In this document: piece by piece, positions 16,731 to 30,722 of the stretch
How positions within the stretch are numbered: position 1 is the first letter of the stretch
How the letters are laid out: every line of letters begins with the position of its first letter
DNA from: Syntrophales bacterium
Lineage (GTDB): Bacteria; Desulfobacterota; Syntrophia; Syntrophales; UBA2210
DNA length: 64,000 nucleotides
Assembly (NCBI GenBank): GCA_963662405.2
Contig: CAXXKT010000001.1
Location: 704,001-768,000 of the forward strand
Direction of reading: 5' to 3'
Notes under the pieces: generated by a model
Seen by the model: only the letters and a program-made list of their open reading frames with translations
What the model was told of the DNA's origin: nothing
Databases searched by the model: none
Translations under genes and position numbers: made by a program

Positions 16731-19319
16731 TTAGAAGAAGCAGATGACCCGTTGAGAAATAATATCCGCCGCCAGCCGTATCTCCCGTTCACCAAAATCA
16801 CTGACCGTGACGATGTCCCGATACGCCTCGGTATCCGGAACCATTGCCGTGAGGAGATTCGGACGGATCTCCAATGCCTCCCGGTTGAAGGTGACCTCTT
16901 CTTCGTCGGGGAAGAGAGCGAGGTAGAAGATGCTCATCTCCACGAGGTCCTGGAAGAAGTGTGAGCCGAAGGACAACTCAGGCATCAGGTTGCCGTGGAC
17001 ATATGCCACCTCTCCTAAAGCCGTCACGCGGTTGATTTCCGAGAAACTGACCGGGATTCCCAGTGACGGCGTGGTCGACCCCCACCTCCCCGGCCCAAGC
17101 AGCATAACGGGGATTTCTTTTCGGTCGGGTATCTGTCGGTTCAGCCTCCCGATCAAACGCGCGATGTCGTACTTTTTCTGGAGGGGAAGTTCACTGTATC
17201 CCTTCGGGTCTATGGAGATTATCCTCCTGATCGACTGGGAGATATTCCCGCCGAAAAAATTGCGCTTCGAGGCGAAGAGGAGCCTCTCCTTCTCGATATT
17301 CCGGGGGATCTCGACGACCTTCCCCTCACCGATCGTCTGAAGGGGGCGACACTGGAGAAGGTTGATCTCAAAGGAATCATCTTTCGTGAAATTGACGGTA
17401 AATTCGATGTCCACCGGGTAATTGTAGACCACCTCCAGCTTCTTGAGCATCAACCGCATTACCTCGGCAAAAGAGGTCTGAGAAAGGAGGTCATCGAAGG
17501 TGATCAGCCACGCCTCTTGCCCGGCGATTCCCCGTTCCTTCATCTCTCGGGTCATCTCGTGGTCTCTGACGGCAATACGATCGAGCCTGAGGTCCAGCTC
17601 TTCACCCGTCAGTTTACGCAACTCGACGGTCTCCAAGGTGTTCGATTCGATATCAAGGACGTCCACGTCGCGCTGGGAGAATTTTCGGGAATTCTCCATC
17701 CCCGCGTACGGTTTCAGGAGGGGGAGGTCCAGGGCCGCGATCCGCGGATAATCCCCCTCGACACGGTTGACCGCCCGCGTCCCCAGGCCGAAGACCAGTC
17801 GGAGGAGACCAGCCTTGGGATCCATTTCCTTTTTCCAGACGAAGGTGTTGTAAGAAAGGCCCACCCCGGCGATATCGGGAAAGAAATAATGCCCGTAGCG
17901 GTTCCCGGAAACGCGCTGGACCAGGAGGGCCATCTGTTCATTGGCGTGCTGCAGACCCTTTTCGATGCGATAGGTAAGAGCGTTTTCATTCAGCGTACTG
18001 GCATATACCCGTTTGACGGCCTCTTCGAACTGGACGAGTCGCTCTTCGGGTGTCCCCTGATTCACGCAGAAGAAACTCTCGTACTTCCCGGCAAAGGCGT
18101 TCCCGAAGGCATCTTCAAGGAGACTGCTGGAGCGAACGATGAAGGAAGACTGACCGAAATATTCGACGATCTGGAGGAACTGTTCCCGGATCTCGTCCGG
18201 TATAGTGCCCTGCCGTATCCGAGCACCGAGCTCCCGTGCCGCCTCGAAATATGTCTCCCCCGCCTGCTGCTGTTCCATGAGGGGCTTCCACCAACCATTC
18301 TGGACCAGGTAGGTGTAGAAGACGTCCGATCCGATGTAAAAGGAATCGTGTGGCTCCAGCCGTTCCTCCCAGTTGAAGGACTGGTCACGGAGGAGAATCT
18401 TCCGGGCGAGGAGCATGCCGGTGGTCTTCCCGCCGACGAACCCCGTTCCGATGAGACGGTTCTTGATGCTCAACATATCCTCGAGAGAGAAATTGTCCTT
18501 CACGAGGATCGACATCCGGGGATCGCGGGTGATCATGATGCTGCACAGCTTATCCACCATCTTCTGCCGCGTCTCCGTCTCCCACGGCTTATCCAGGAGT
18601 TCTTCGGCCTGGAGAAAGAGAAGATCCCAGTAGTCGAGGTTCCGCTTGGCCCGTTCCTTCGCGTTCCGGGACATGATGTGAGAGATCTCCGCGGCCTCCG
18701 TGCTGTCGGTGACGGGGATAAAACGGTTCCCGTCGCGGATGTGCGGCATGAACATGGTGGATGAATACCGTTTCCACACCTTTAACGGATGAATGTACAG
18801 GGTCCCCGCATCGTTATACAGGTCCAGGAAGAGTTGCGTCGTTTCACGGATCCGGGCGGTTGTCTGGAAGGAATGCCGGTCACGAAGGATCGCGAAGTAG
18901 GCGATGGTGTCCAGTTCGAAGAGATAGGGGCACGAACTCATGAAAAAATTCGCGATCATCAGGTCGCTGGCCCAGACCGCCAGAAGGTCGGAGAGACAAT
19001 CGAAGACGTAGAAGGCCCCTTTCCCTTCACGGGTGATGATGTTGTACACCTCGGTGAAGAATGATTCAAACCCGCTGGCGGTATCCAGGTTCCTGACCAG
19101 GATATCGGGGTGTTCCTCAAGGATCGGTGCCCGATCGGAGAAACGCATATAGACGACTTTTCGTTTGTCCTCGAGGGCCTGCTTGACAAAGAGCCGGGCA
19201 CAAGACTCATAGTCCTTGATGTCGTCGACGCGCCAGACGACGTTGTCCCCGAGGCGCAGATAATCGATGATCTCATCGATGCCCTCAAACCCTGTGCTGA
19301 CCCGTTCCAATTGTTCCAT
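16731..19319 (-). CDS. Uncharacterised PEP/pyruvate-binding-domain (PPDK_N, ATP-grasp-like) protein with degenerate RecA/KaiC-like N-terminal domain
   Basis: VGGK, VRSSSLLED, AGKYES, GLGTRAV, DIEF, LLQCRP; N-terminal RVSTGFEGID; C-terminal GPGRWGS and SFGSHFFQ. Confidence 0.8.
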   Translation of the reverse strand: MEQLERVSTGFEGIDEIIDYLRLGDNVVWRVDDIKDYESCARLFVKQALEDKRKVVYMRFSDRAPILEEHPDILVRNLDTASGFESFFTEVYNIITREGKGAFYVFDCLSDLLAVWASDLMIANFFMSSCPYLFELDTIAYFAILRDRHSFQTTARIRETTQLFLDLYNDAGTLYIHPLKVWKRYSSTMFMPHIRDGNRFIPVTDSTEAAEISHIMSRNAKERAKRNLDYWDLLFLQAEELLDKPWETETRQKMVDKLCSIMITRDPRMSILVKDNFSLEDMLSIKNRLIGTGFVGGKTTGMLLARKILLRDQSFNWEERLEPHDSFYIGSDVFYTYLVQNGWWKPLMEQQQAGETYFEAARELGARIRQGTIPDEIREQFLQIVEYFGQSSFIVRSSSLLEDAFGNAFAGKYESFFCVNQGTPEERLVQFEEAVKRVYASTLNENALTYRIEKGLQHANEQMALLVQRVSGNRYGHYFFPDIAGVGLSYNTFVWKKEMDPKAGLLRLVFGLGTRAVNRVEGDYPRIAALDLPLLKPYAGMENSRKFSQRDVDVLDIESNTLETVELRKLTGEELDLRLDRIAVRDHEMTREMKERGIAGQEAWLITFDDLLSQTSFAEVMRLMLKKLEVVYNYPVDIEFTVNFTKDDSFEINLLQCRPLQTIGEGKVVEIPRNIEKERLLFASKRNFFGGNISQSIRRIISIDPKGYSELPLQKKYDIARLIGRLNRQIPDRKEIPVMLLGPGRWGSTTPSLGIPVSFSEINRVTALGEVAYVHGNLMPELSFGSHFFQDLVEMSIFYLALFPDEEEVTFNREALEIRPNLLTAMVPDTEAYRDIVTVSDFGEREIRLAADIISQRVICFF

Positions 19320-19386
19320 GTTCCAAGCCTTCCTTAACGGTTCCTTCCTGAGCTGTTATACGATCCCCCTCTGCAACCGAGGGGAT

Positions 19387-22599
<3,213 letters not shown>

Positions 22600-22610
22600 A
22601 CCGTTTCAGA

Positions 22611-24155
22611 TTACTCCCATTCAATGGTGCTGGGCGGTTTTGAACTGATGTCGTAGACGACGCGGTTCACCCCCGCAACTTCGTTGATTATCCGCGAGGA
22701 TATGCGGCCCAGGACATCATACGGGATCCGTGCCCAGTCCGCCGTCATTGCGTCCTGGCTGGTAACGGCCCTCAGGGCCACCACATTGGCGTAGGTTCGT
22801 TCGTCCCCCATTACCCCGACGCTCTTGACGGGGAGGAGGACGGCGAAGAATTGCCATATCTCGTGGTCCGTATCGTAGCGCTCGATCTCCTCCCGGACGA
22901 TTAGGTCCGCATTGCGGAGGATGGCGAGGTCATCCGCAGTTATCTCGCCGATAAGACGGACTCCCAGACCCGGCCCCGGGAAAGGCTGGCGGAGGAGGAG
23001 ACGCTCGGGCAGCCCCAATTCTCTTCCAAGGAGACGGACCTCGTCCTTGAACAGTTCCTTGAGCGGCTCGATCAACTCGAAGTTCAGGTCTTCCGGAAGT
23101 CCCCCGACGTTGTGGTGGCTCTTGATGGTCGATGAAGGCCCCCCCGAGGGGGGATCTACTCTCGATGATATCGGGGTAAAGTGTCCCCTGCGCGGAGAAA
23201 CCTTGCCCCCTGCACCTCCACCGCCGCATCGGCGAAGACATCAATGAAGGTCTTCCCGATGATCTTCCGTTTGGTCTCGGGGTCGGTCACCCCCTTCAGT
23301 GCGGCAAGAAACCGGTCCGCGGCATCGACGATTCGGAAATCGAGGGGATATTCTTTCGTGAACAAGGCATGGATTTCCTCGACCTCTCCTTCCCGGAGGA
23401 GACCGTTATCGACGAAGATGGCCTTCATCCGGTCCCCGATGGCTCGGTGTAAGAGCGCCGCCGCAACCGATGAGTCGACACCGCCTGAAAGACCACAGAT
23501 CACCGTTTGATCGCCGACCATACCCCCTGATCCTGGTGACCGATTCTTCGATGAAGCGCCCCATCGTCCATCCCCCCGTGCAGGAGGCGACACCAAACAG
23601 GAAATTCCCGAGGATATCGAGCCCCTGCGGGGTATGCACGACCTCGGGGTGAAATTGGATACCGTATATCTTCCGGTCGATGTCGGCCATAGCCGCGATG
23701 GGGCAACCCGCGGTCCCCCGCCAGGACCTCGAATCCTTCGGGAGGAATGGTCACCTGATCTCCGTGGCTCATCCAGACATCAAGAGCGGTGGGCAGATCG
23801 GCGAAGATACCGACAGGATGCGGGATCTCTATCCGGGCAGGTCCATACTCCCCGCTCTTTCCCTTCTCCACGGTCCCCCTCCATGATCCGTGCCATGAGT
23901 TGCATCCCGTAGCAGATCCCCAGGACGGGGATCCCCATCCTCAGGATACGCCGGTCCATCCGGGGGTGACCGGACTCAAAGACCGAGGAGGGTCCGCCGG
24001 AGAGGACAATCGCCGCGGGGTTCATTTGCAACAGGTCATCCTCAGGAGGTGTCGTGTCGGACGATTTCGCAGTACACGCCGAGCTCGCGGATCCGCCTGG
24101 CGATCAGCTGTGCGTACTGCGAACCGAAATCAAATACTGCTACCATTTCTTCCAT
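22611..24155 (-). CDS. guaA: GMP synthase (glutamine-hydrolysing), split by 6 frameshifts
   Basis: [40 protein letters not shown] and KPPSTIEWE recovered in order across frames. Confidence 0.95.
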
Positions 24156-24156
24156 A

Positions 24157-25252
24157 TCATATATCCCCTGTTTCGTGGTGTATCGCCTGTACGAACCGGT
24201 TGAAGAGGTACCGCGCGTCGTGCGGTCCCGGCCCCGCCTCCGGGTGGAACTGCACGGAGAAGAGCGGGAGGGTCCGGTGTCGAATCCCCTCCAGGGAATG
24301 GTCGTTCAGGTTGATGTGCGTAATCTGGATGACACCGGTATCGAGCGAGTTGATATCTACACAAAAGCCGTGATTCTGGACCGTGATATCGATCCGTCCC
24401 GTGGTCAGGTCCTTGACCGGGTGATTCGATCCGTGATGCCCGAACTTCATCTTGAATGTCTTGCCTCCGAGTGCCAAACAAAGAACCTGCTGTCCCAGGC
24501 ATATCCCGAAGAGGGGGATCGTACCGAGCGTCAGGATCTCACGGGCGGTGTCGATCCCGTATGTCACGGCGGCGGGATCGCCGGGTCCGTTCGACAGCAG
24601 GACACCGGCCGGTTCATATGCCAGGATCTGATCAACGGCGGTATGGGCCGGAACGACAATCACCCTACACCCCGCTGCTTGAAGCTGCCGCAACGTGCTG
24701 TACTTGACACCGAAGTCCAGGACTACGATCGTCGGCCCTCCCTGGTCCGCAAAGGTGAAGGGCTCCGGGCAGGTCACGTGCTGAACCAGATCACTCCCTG
24801 CCAGACCGGAGGACTGTTGCGCCTTCTCGACGAGCGACCCCGGATCGAGGTCGGTGGTGGAGATGACCGCCTTCAAAGCGCCGACCTCCCGTATATGTTT
24901 TGTCAGGGCGCGCGTGTCCACTCCGTGGATCCCGATGACCTCGTGCTCCCTGAGGTAGGTTTCGAGGTCCTTTTCCGATCGCCAGTTGCTGGAAATCTTA
25001 CTCAGCTCCTTGACGACAAATCCCTCGAGCCACAGGTCCCGTGATTCCGCGTCCGCCTCGTTGACACCGTAGTTCCCGATCAGGGGATAGGTCATCGCGA
25101 CGATCTGCCCTTTATAGGAGGGGATCGGACAGGACCTCCTGATACCCCGTCATCCCGGTGTTGAACACCACCTCCCCGGCGCACTCTCCCGCAGCTCCGA
25201 AGGATATCCCTTCAAAGATACGACCGTCTTCCAATGCAAGTAATGCCTTCAT
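24157..25252 (-). CDS. carA: Carbamoyl-phosphate synthase small subunit, one frameshift (~25120)
   Basis: [10 protein letters not shown]...[14 protein letters not shown], then [26 protein letters not shown]. Confidence 0.95.
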
Positions 25253-25254
25253 CC

Positions 25255-27137
25255 CTATCCGCCAAACCTCGAGCACATATCCGTTACAGAGAAAATTTCA
25301 TCACCTTTTTTGCCGTCCACCCACCCGACCCCCACCGCTTCGAGAAGGCCCGCATCCACCAGTTGCCGGTCCGATACCGGGGAGGGGGCCTCCGTCAGCG
25401 GGCAGGAAGCGCTCCTGTTCTTCGGAAAGGCGATCACATCGCGGATCGATGACGTTCCCAGTATCATGGAAACGACCCGGTCCATCCCGAGGGCAAGTCC
25501 GCCGTGGGGGGGTGCCCCGTACCGCAGGCTCCGCAAGAAAAATCCGAACTTGTCCTTAATCTCCTCTTCGGCAAGCCCCAGGGCCTGAAAGATCCGGCGC
25601 TGCACCTCTATGGTATTGATACGGATAGACCCTCCGCCGATCTCTTCGCCATTGATCACGATATCGTACGAGCGGGATTTGAGAGAGACAAGTGCCTCCC
25701 GGTCATGGGGATCAAAGTTCGTCCGATCAGGCGCCGTGAAAGGGTGATGCGTCGAGGTGACGGTCTTTCCGTGTATCTCGAAGAGGGGGAAATCAGTTAT
25801 CCATATGGGGACAATACACATTATGGGATATCAGGTCAAGCCGCTCGGCCAGATGGAGACGGAGCAGCCCCAGCACCCGGTTGACCCGTACCGACGAGGC
25901 ATCGGCAATCATGACCAGGACGTCTCCGTCCTCGGCCTCGAGACGCTTGACGATCGCGTTTTGTTCCTCCTCGCTGAAGAACTGGACGATATTCGACTCC
26001 AGACCGTTGCCGGTCATCCGCATCCAGGTCATCCCCTTGGCACCAAGAGAGGGGACGATCTTCTTGGCGTATTCGTTCTGGAGGACGTTCTTGCTCAACT
26101 TTGCGGACTGTCCCTTGATGTTGATTGCCTTGATGATACCGCCGCGCTTGATGACCTGCCGCAGTATCCCGTACGAGGTGTCATGCAGGATATCGGTCAT
26201 CTCGACGAGGCGGAGGCCGAAGCGGAGATCCGGACTGTCAGATCCGGTGGTATCGATCGCCTCCTGCCAGGTCATTCGGGGGAACGGAGCGGGCAGGGCG
26301 ATTCCCCCCACGGCGAACATCCTGATGATCAGTTTCTTCCGTCACCCGGTAGATGAACTCCTCATCGATGAATGATGCCTCCAGGTCCAGCTGCGTAAAT
26401 TCCGGTTGCCGGTTCGGCCGCAGGTCCTCATCCCTGAAGCAGCGGGCCAACTGGTAGTACCGTTCGAGGCCACCGACCATGAGGAGCTGTTTAAAGAGCT
26501 GCGGGGACTGGGGGAGGGCATAAAACTTCTTCGGATGCACCCGGCTGGGGACGAGATAGTCACGCGCCCCTTCGGGGGTGCTCTTGGTCAACATGGGCGT
26601 CTCCACCTCTATGAAGGCCTGCTGGTCCAGGTAGTCGCGCACGCATTTGTTGATCTTGTGCCGTTTAATCAGGTTTTCCTGTATGGTGGGGCGGCGTAGG
26701 TCGAGATAACGGTATCTGAGGCGCAGGTCCTCTCCGACTGTCTCCATTCCTCCGACCGCGGCACCGGCAATCATCGCCTTCTCCGAAATGGAAAAGGGGA
26801 GTGACCTCGATTTGTTCAAAACCAGGAGACGCTCGGCGATGACCTCGATCGTTCCCGTCTCGATATGAGGATTTTCCGTATCCTTCTCGCGTCTGACAAT
26901 ACGCCCGGTGACGCAGATACAAAACTCGTTTTTCAGCGAATCGGCCCGCGCGCGGTCCTCTTCCGGCATGTGTTGCGGACTGAAGACGACCTGTATGATC
27001 CCGCTCCGATCGCGCATATGGATGAAAACCACATCTCCGTGGTCCCGCAGGGCGTCCACCCATCCCGCCAGCTGTACCGTGTGGCCCACGTCGGCGTGGG
27101 TCAGTGTTCCGCACCCTGATCGTTCTGTGAATGTCAT
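25255..27137 (-). CDS. aspS: Aspartate--tRNA ligase, two frameshifts (~26340, ~25810)
   Basis: RDHG..F...[49 protein letters not shown]. Confidence 0.95.
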
Positions 27138-27260
27138 AACCTCTTTCCTGCCCTCTTAAAACTTGCTCACACGCGGCTGTCGTCTGAGCAGTATATCTCC
27201 CTCACCGGGACGCCCCTCCACCGTCCCGGGGTGCTCCGTGGATTCGGGAGACCGTCTCTC

Positions 27261-28734
27261 TTATCGTGTGATCGAAAATTGCTCCTTGTTGAAACCTTCC
27301 GGGACCGCCGTCGGATATTCGCCGGTGAAGCAGGCGGTGCACTGAATCGTCCCCGTCAGGGACGGCTTCCAGCATCTCCCGGACAGAGAGATAGGCGAGA
27401 GAATCGGCCTCCATGTAACGACATATCTCTTCTACGGAGTGAGCAGATGCGATCAGCTCCTCGTTGGTCGGTATGTCGATTCCGTAGAAACAGGGACATC
27501 GTACCGGAGGTGACGCGACCCTGACGTGGACCTCCGTCGCCCCTCCTTCCCGTATCAGGCGAACCAACTGCCGCATCGTCGTCCCGCGGACGATCGAATC
27601 ATCCACGACCACCACGCGCTTCCCTTCCAGGACACCGTTGACGGGATTGAATTTGATCCGTACGTCGCGATCCCGTTTGTCCTGATAGGGGTCGATAAAG
27701 GTCCTGCCGATATAGTGGTTTCGGATCAGGCCGATCTCAAAACGAAGCCCCGATCGCTGGGCGTACCCGAGTGCCGCCGTGTTGGCCGAGTCGGGGATGC
27801 TCATCACGATGTCTGCGGTACAGGGAGACTCTTCCGCCAGTTTCTTTCCCAACCGCCTCCTGAACTTGTCGACCTTTTCACCGAATATGATACTGTCCGG
27901 CCGGGGAAAAGTAGATGTACTCAAAGATGCAGAAGGACTTCCGGGGAACTTCCGGGAGCCTGCGGGATGTCATACCCCGTGCATCGACACTGATAACCTC
28001 TCCCGGTTCAACGCTCCGAACATACCGTGCGCCGATGATATCGAGGGCGCACGATTCGGAGGCGACAATGGTGGCCTCCCCCAGGGTGCCGATACACAGG
28101 GGCCGAAACCCTTGAGGATCCCGCGCCGCGATCATTTCCGTGGGAGTGAGGAAGAGAAAGCAGTAGGCCCCTTCGAGCTGTCGCAGGGCATCGATAATCA
28201 TGTCATCAATCGTTTTCTCCTGAGATCGCGCGATGAGGTGAAGGGCGACCTCGCTGTCCGACGTGGTCTGAAAAATCGATCCCGCGCCCTCCATTCGCTT
28301 CCTCAGGTTCAGGGCATTGATCAGGTTCCCGTTATGAGCCGCGGCGATTCTGGCCACCCTTGAACTGTATCCGTATGGGTTGTGCGTTGATCAGACCGGA
28401 CCCCCCGGTGGTGGAGTAGCGGTTGTGACCGATAGCGACCGCTCCCGGCAGACCGGCCATGATATCGGGGTGTGAAAAAGACCGTTCGCACCAGACCCGT
28501 TCCCTTGTGGAGGGAGATCATCCGGCCGTCGGATGCGGCGATTCCCGCGCTTTCCTGCCCCCGGTGCTGGAGCGCGTACAGCCCCAGATATGTCTTCTCG
28601 GCGGCCCGCGGATCTCCGAATATGCCGAAGATGCCGCACGCATCCCTGAGGCGATCCGCTTCCGGTGATACGGACGACACGGTTTCGCTCGCCTTTTCGG
28701 CCGGTGCCTTCCTATCTGGACATGCTTCCTTCAT
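27261..28734 (-). CDS. purF: Amidophosphoribosyltransferase (propeptide/Fe-S type), four frameshifts; start uncertain
   Basis: [54 protein letters not shown]. Confidence 0.93.
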
Positions 28735-29548
28735 ATACAAAGACGACCTTCCCCTTGAGCCATACATCCTCAAGGGAATCTCCCTTCTCTTTAAAATCGA
28801 CGATGAGCGTTCCCCCGGGCATCTCGACATGGATCGGCGGGGCTCCCGCTCCCTGAAACCGGCTGCTGATGATCGCCGACGCCACCGCCCCTGTTCCGCA
28901 TGCCAGGGTTTCCGCCTCGACACCCCGCTCGTAGGTACGAACCCGGATCCTCCCGTGCGCGAGGACCTCCACGAAATCGACATTGGTCCCTTGAGGCGAA
29001 AATACCGGATGAAATCTGACTTCATGACCCACCCGTGCCACTTCATCGGCCGGGATGGCGTCAACCGCGTCCCTGAAGATAATGGTATGCGGGACCCCCG
29101 AATTGATGAAGTAAAAGGGAATATTCCCGCTGTCTATCTCCAACCATCCTTCGTCCTTTAACGAGGACGGGTCCGTCAGCTGGATGGCGATCATATCCCC
29201 CTGCACCGAGGCCCCAACCGGCCCGGCCAGCGTCTCCATTATCATCTCCGGCGGTGCGATCCCTTCCCGCACGGCGAAGGCGGCGGCACACCGAGCGCCG
29301 TTGCCGCACATCTCCGCCTCGCTTCCGTCAGCATTGAATATCCGCATCCGTATATCGGCAACCGTACCGGGTTCGATAATCAGGAGACCATCGGCCCCGA
29401 TGGAGGTACGGCGTGCGCACCACGCGCGGGCCAGATCGCTCCAGTTTGTGCCGTCCGGGTCTTTCCGCCCATCCATGATGATAAAATCATTTCCATGGCC
29501 CGACATCTTTGTAAAGACCACGGATCGCTCACCTCCTTCAGTCACCAC
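28712..29548 (-). CDS. dapF: Diaminopimelate epimerase (start GTG 29548 or 29521)
   Basis: [36 protein letters not shown]. Confidence 0.95.
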   Translation of the reverse strand: MVTEGGERSVVFTKMSGHGNDFIIMDGRKDPDGTNWSDLARAWCARRTSIGADGLLIIEPGTVADIRMRIFNADGSEAEMCGNGARCAAAFAVREGIAPPEMIMETLAGPVGASVQGDMIAIQLTDPSSLKDEGWLEIDSGNIPFYFINSGVPHTIIFRDAVDAIPADEVARVGHEVRFHPVFSPQGTNVDFVEVLAHGRIRVRTYERGVEAETLACGTGAVASAIISSRFQGAGAPPIHVEMPGGTLIVDFKEKGDSLEDVWLKGKVVFVYEGSMSR

Positions 29549-29598
29549 CTCCACCTCCCGTCGCGATTGATAAGGGCGTACCGTAAACACCCTCCGCA

Positions 29599-29614
29599 AG
29601 CAATATTGATACCA
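29599..29614 (-). promoter_or_regulatory. Sigma54 (-24/-12) promoter upstream of dapF
   Basis: Minus strand TGGTAT-CAATA-TTGCT with correct GG-N10-GC spacing; AT-rich tract upstream. Confidence 0.65.
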
Positions 29615-29884
29615 AGAGCATCCTCTGTCGTATTCTCTTGATTTGTATGTTTATTTTACTTCTCTTCTTCTGATGATGCAATTGCAATCCCGCTGTACAC
29701 TACATTATTGTAAGATTACACAACGTAATCCACCATTATGTACCGACAGGGGACCCGATCTGTACCCAGTGGTAATGGGGGGGAAAGAGAACCTCCCTGT
29801 CGCTCCCTCGGAAAGACCTACCGGGGAACCGCCCCTCCGGCGGCACTCGTCCGGCGCGGAGATGTCAAGAGCGTCGTGGCAAGG

Positions 29885-30709
29885 CTATAAGGCCTTCTTG
29901 ATAAAATTAACGGCATTGCGGAAAATCACAAGTCCTGCCCCGTCTTCGGGCAAGGCCTCACGTGACCAACGCGGATGGTTTGTGTAGTGGGTATAGGCTT
30001 CAGGATGGGGCATGAGACCGAATATCCGACCCGATTCATCACATATTCCCGCAATGGCATCGATGGAACCGTTTGGATTGTCGGGATAGGTCATAGCGGC
30101 CTTTTCATATCGTTCATCGCTGTACTGGAGGACAATCTGGTTGTTCGCGTGGAGCCGTTTGAGTACGGTGGTATCGTCCGTGACGATCTTTCCCTCACCA
30201 TGCCTGATGGGGAGATATACACCTTCTATTTCTTTTGTAAAAACGCAGGGAGTTTTTTTGTTGACCTTCAGAGAAACCCAGCGATCCTCAAAGCGCCCGG
30301 AATCGTTGAATGTCAGGGTCACTTTCTGGGTGGCGTAGTCCCCGTCGAATGCCGGGAGAAGCCCCAACTTGACCATGAGTTGAAAGCCGTTGCATACCCC
30401 CAGGATCAGCTTGCCGTCGCGAACAAATTTGACCAGCTGGTCATATAACCTCTCTCGGTTCCGGCCCACGGTTGCATGAATAATCCTGTTCGCCCCCGCT
30501 TTCGCACCTCCCAGATCGTCTCCATCCAGGAATCCGCCGGGGAGATTGAGAAAGTGATAGTCATCCAGGCGTTTCTCCCCGCAGAGGAGCTCGCTGATGT
30601 GGACGATATCGACAACGGCGGCTCCCGCCAGCCGGCAGGCGTGCGCCATTTCCATCTCGCAATTCGTCCCGTTTCCCGTCAGTACAATTGTCTTTACCTT
30701 GTGTATCAT
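29885..30709 (-). CDS. purQ: FGAM synthase glutaminase subunit
   Basis: GTNCE, PGGFLDGD, GVCNGFQ, HGEG, MPHPE. Confidence 0.95.
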   Translation of the reverse strand: MIHKVKTIVLTGNGTNCEMEMAHACRLAGAAVVDIVHISELLCGEKRLDDYHFLNLPGGFLDGDDLGGAKAGANRIIHATVGRNRERLYDQLVKFVRDGKLILGVCNGFQLMVKLGLLPAFDGDYATQKVTLTFNDSGRFEDRWVSLKVNKKTPCVFTKEIEGVYLPIRHGEGKIVTDDTTVLKRLHANNQIVLQYSDERYEKAAMTYPDNPNGSIDAIAGICDESGRIFGLMPHPEAYTHYTNHPRWSREALPEDGAGLVIFRNAVNFIKKAL

Positions 30710-30722
30710 CTGTCCGTATTTT

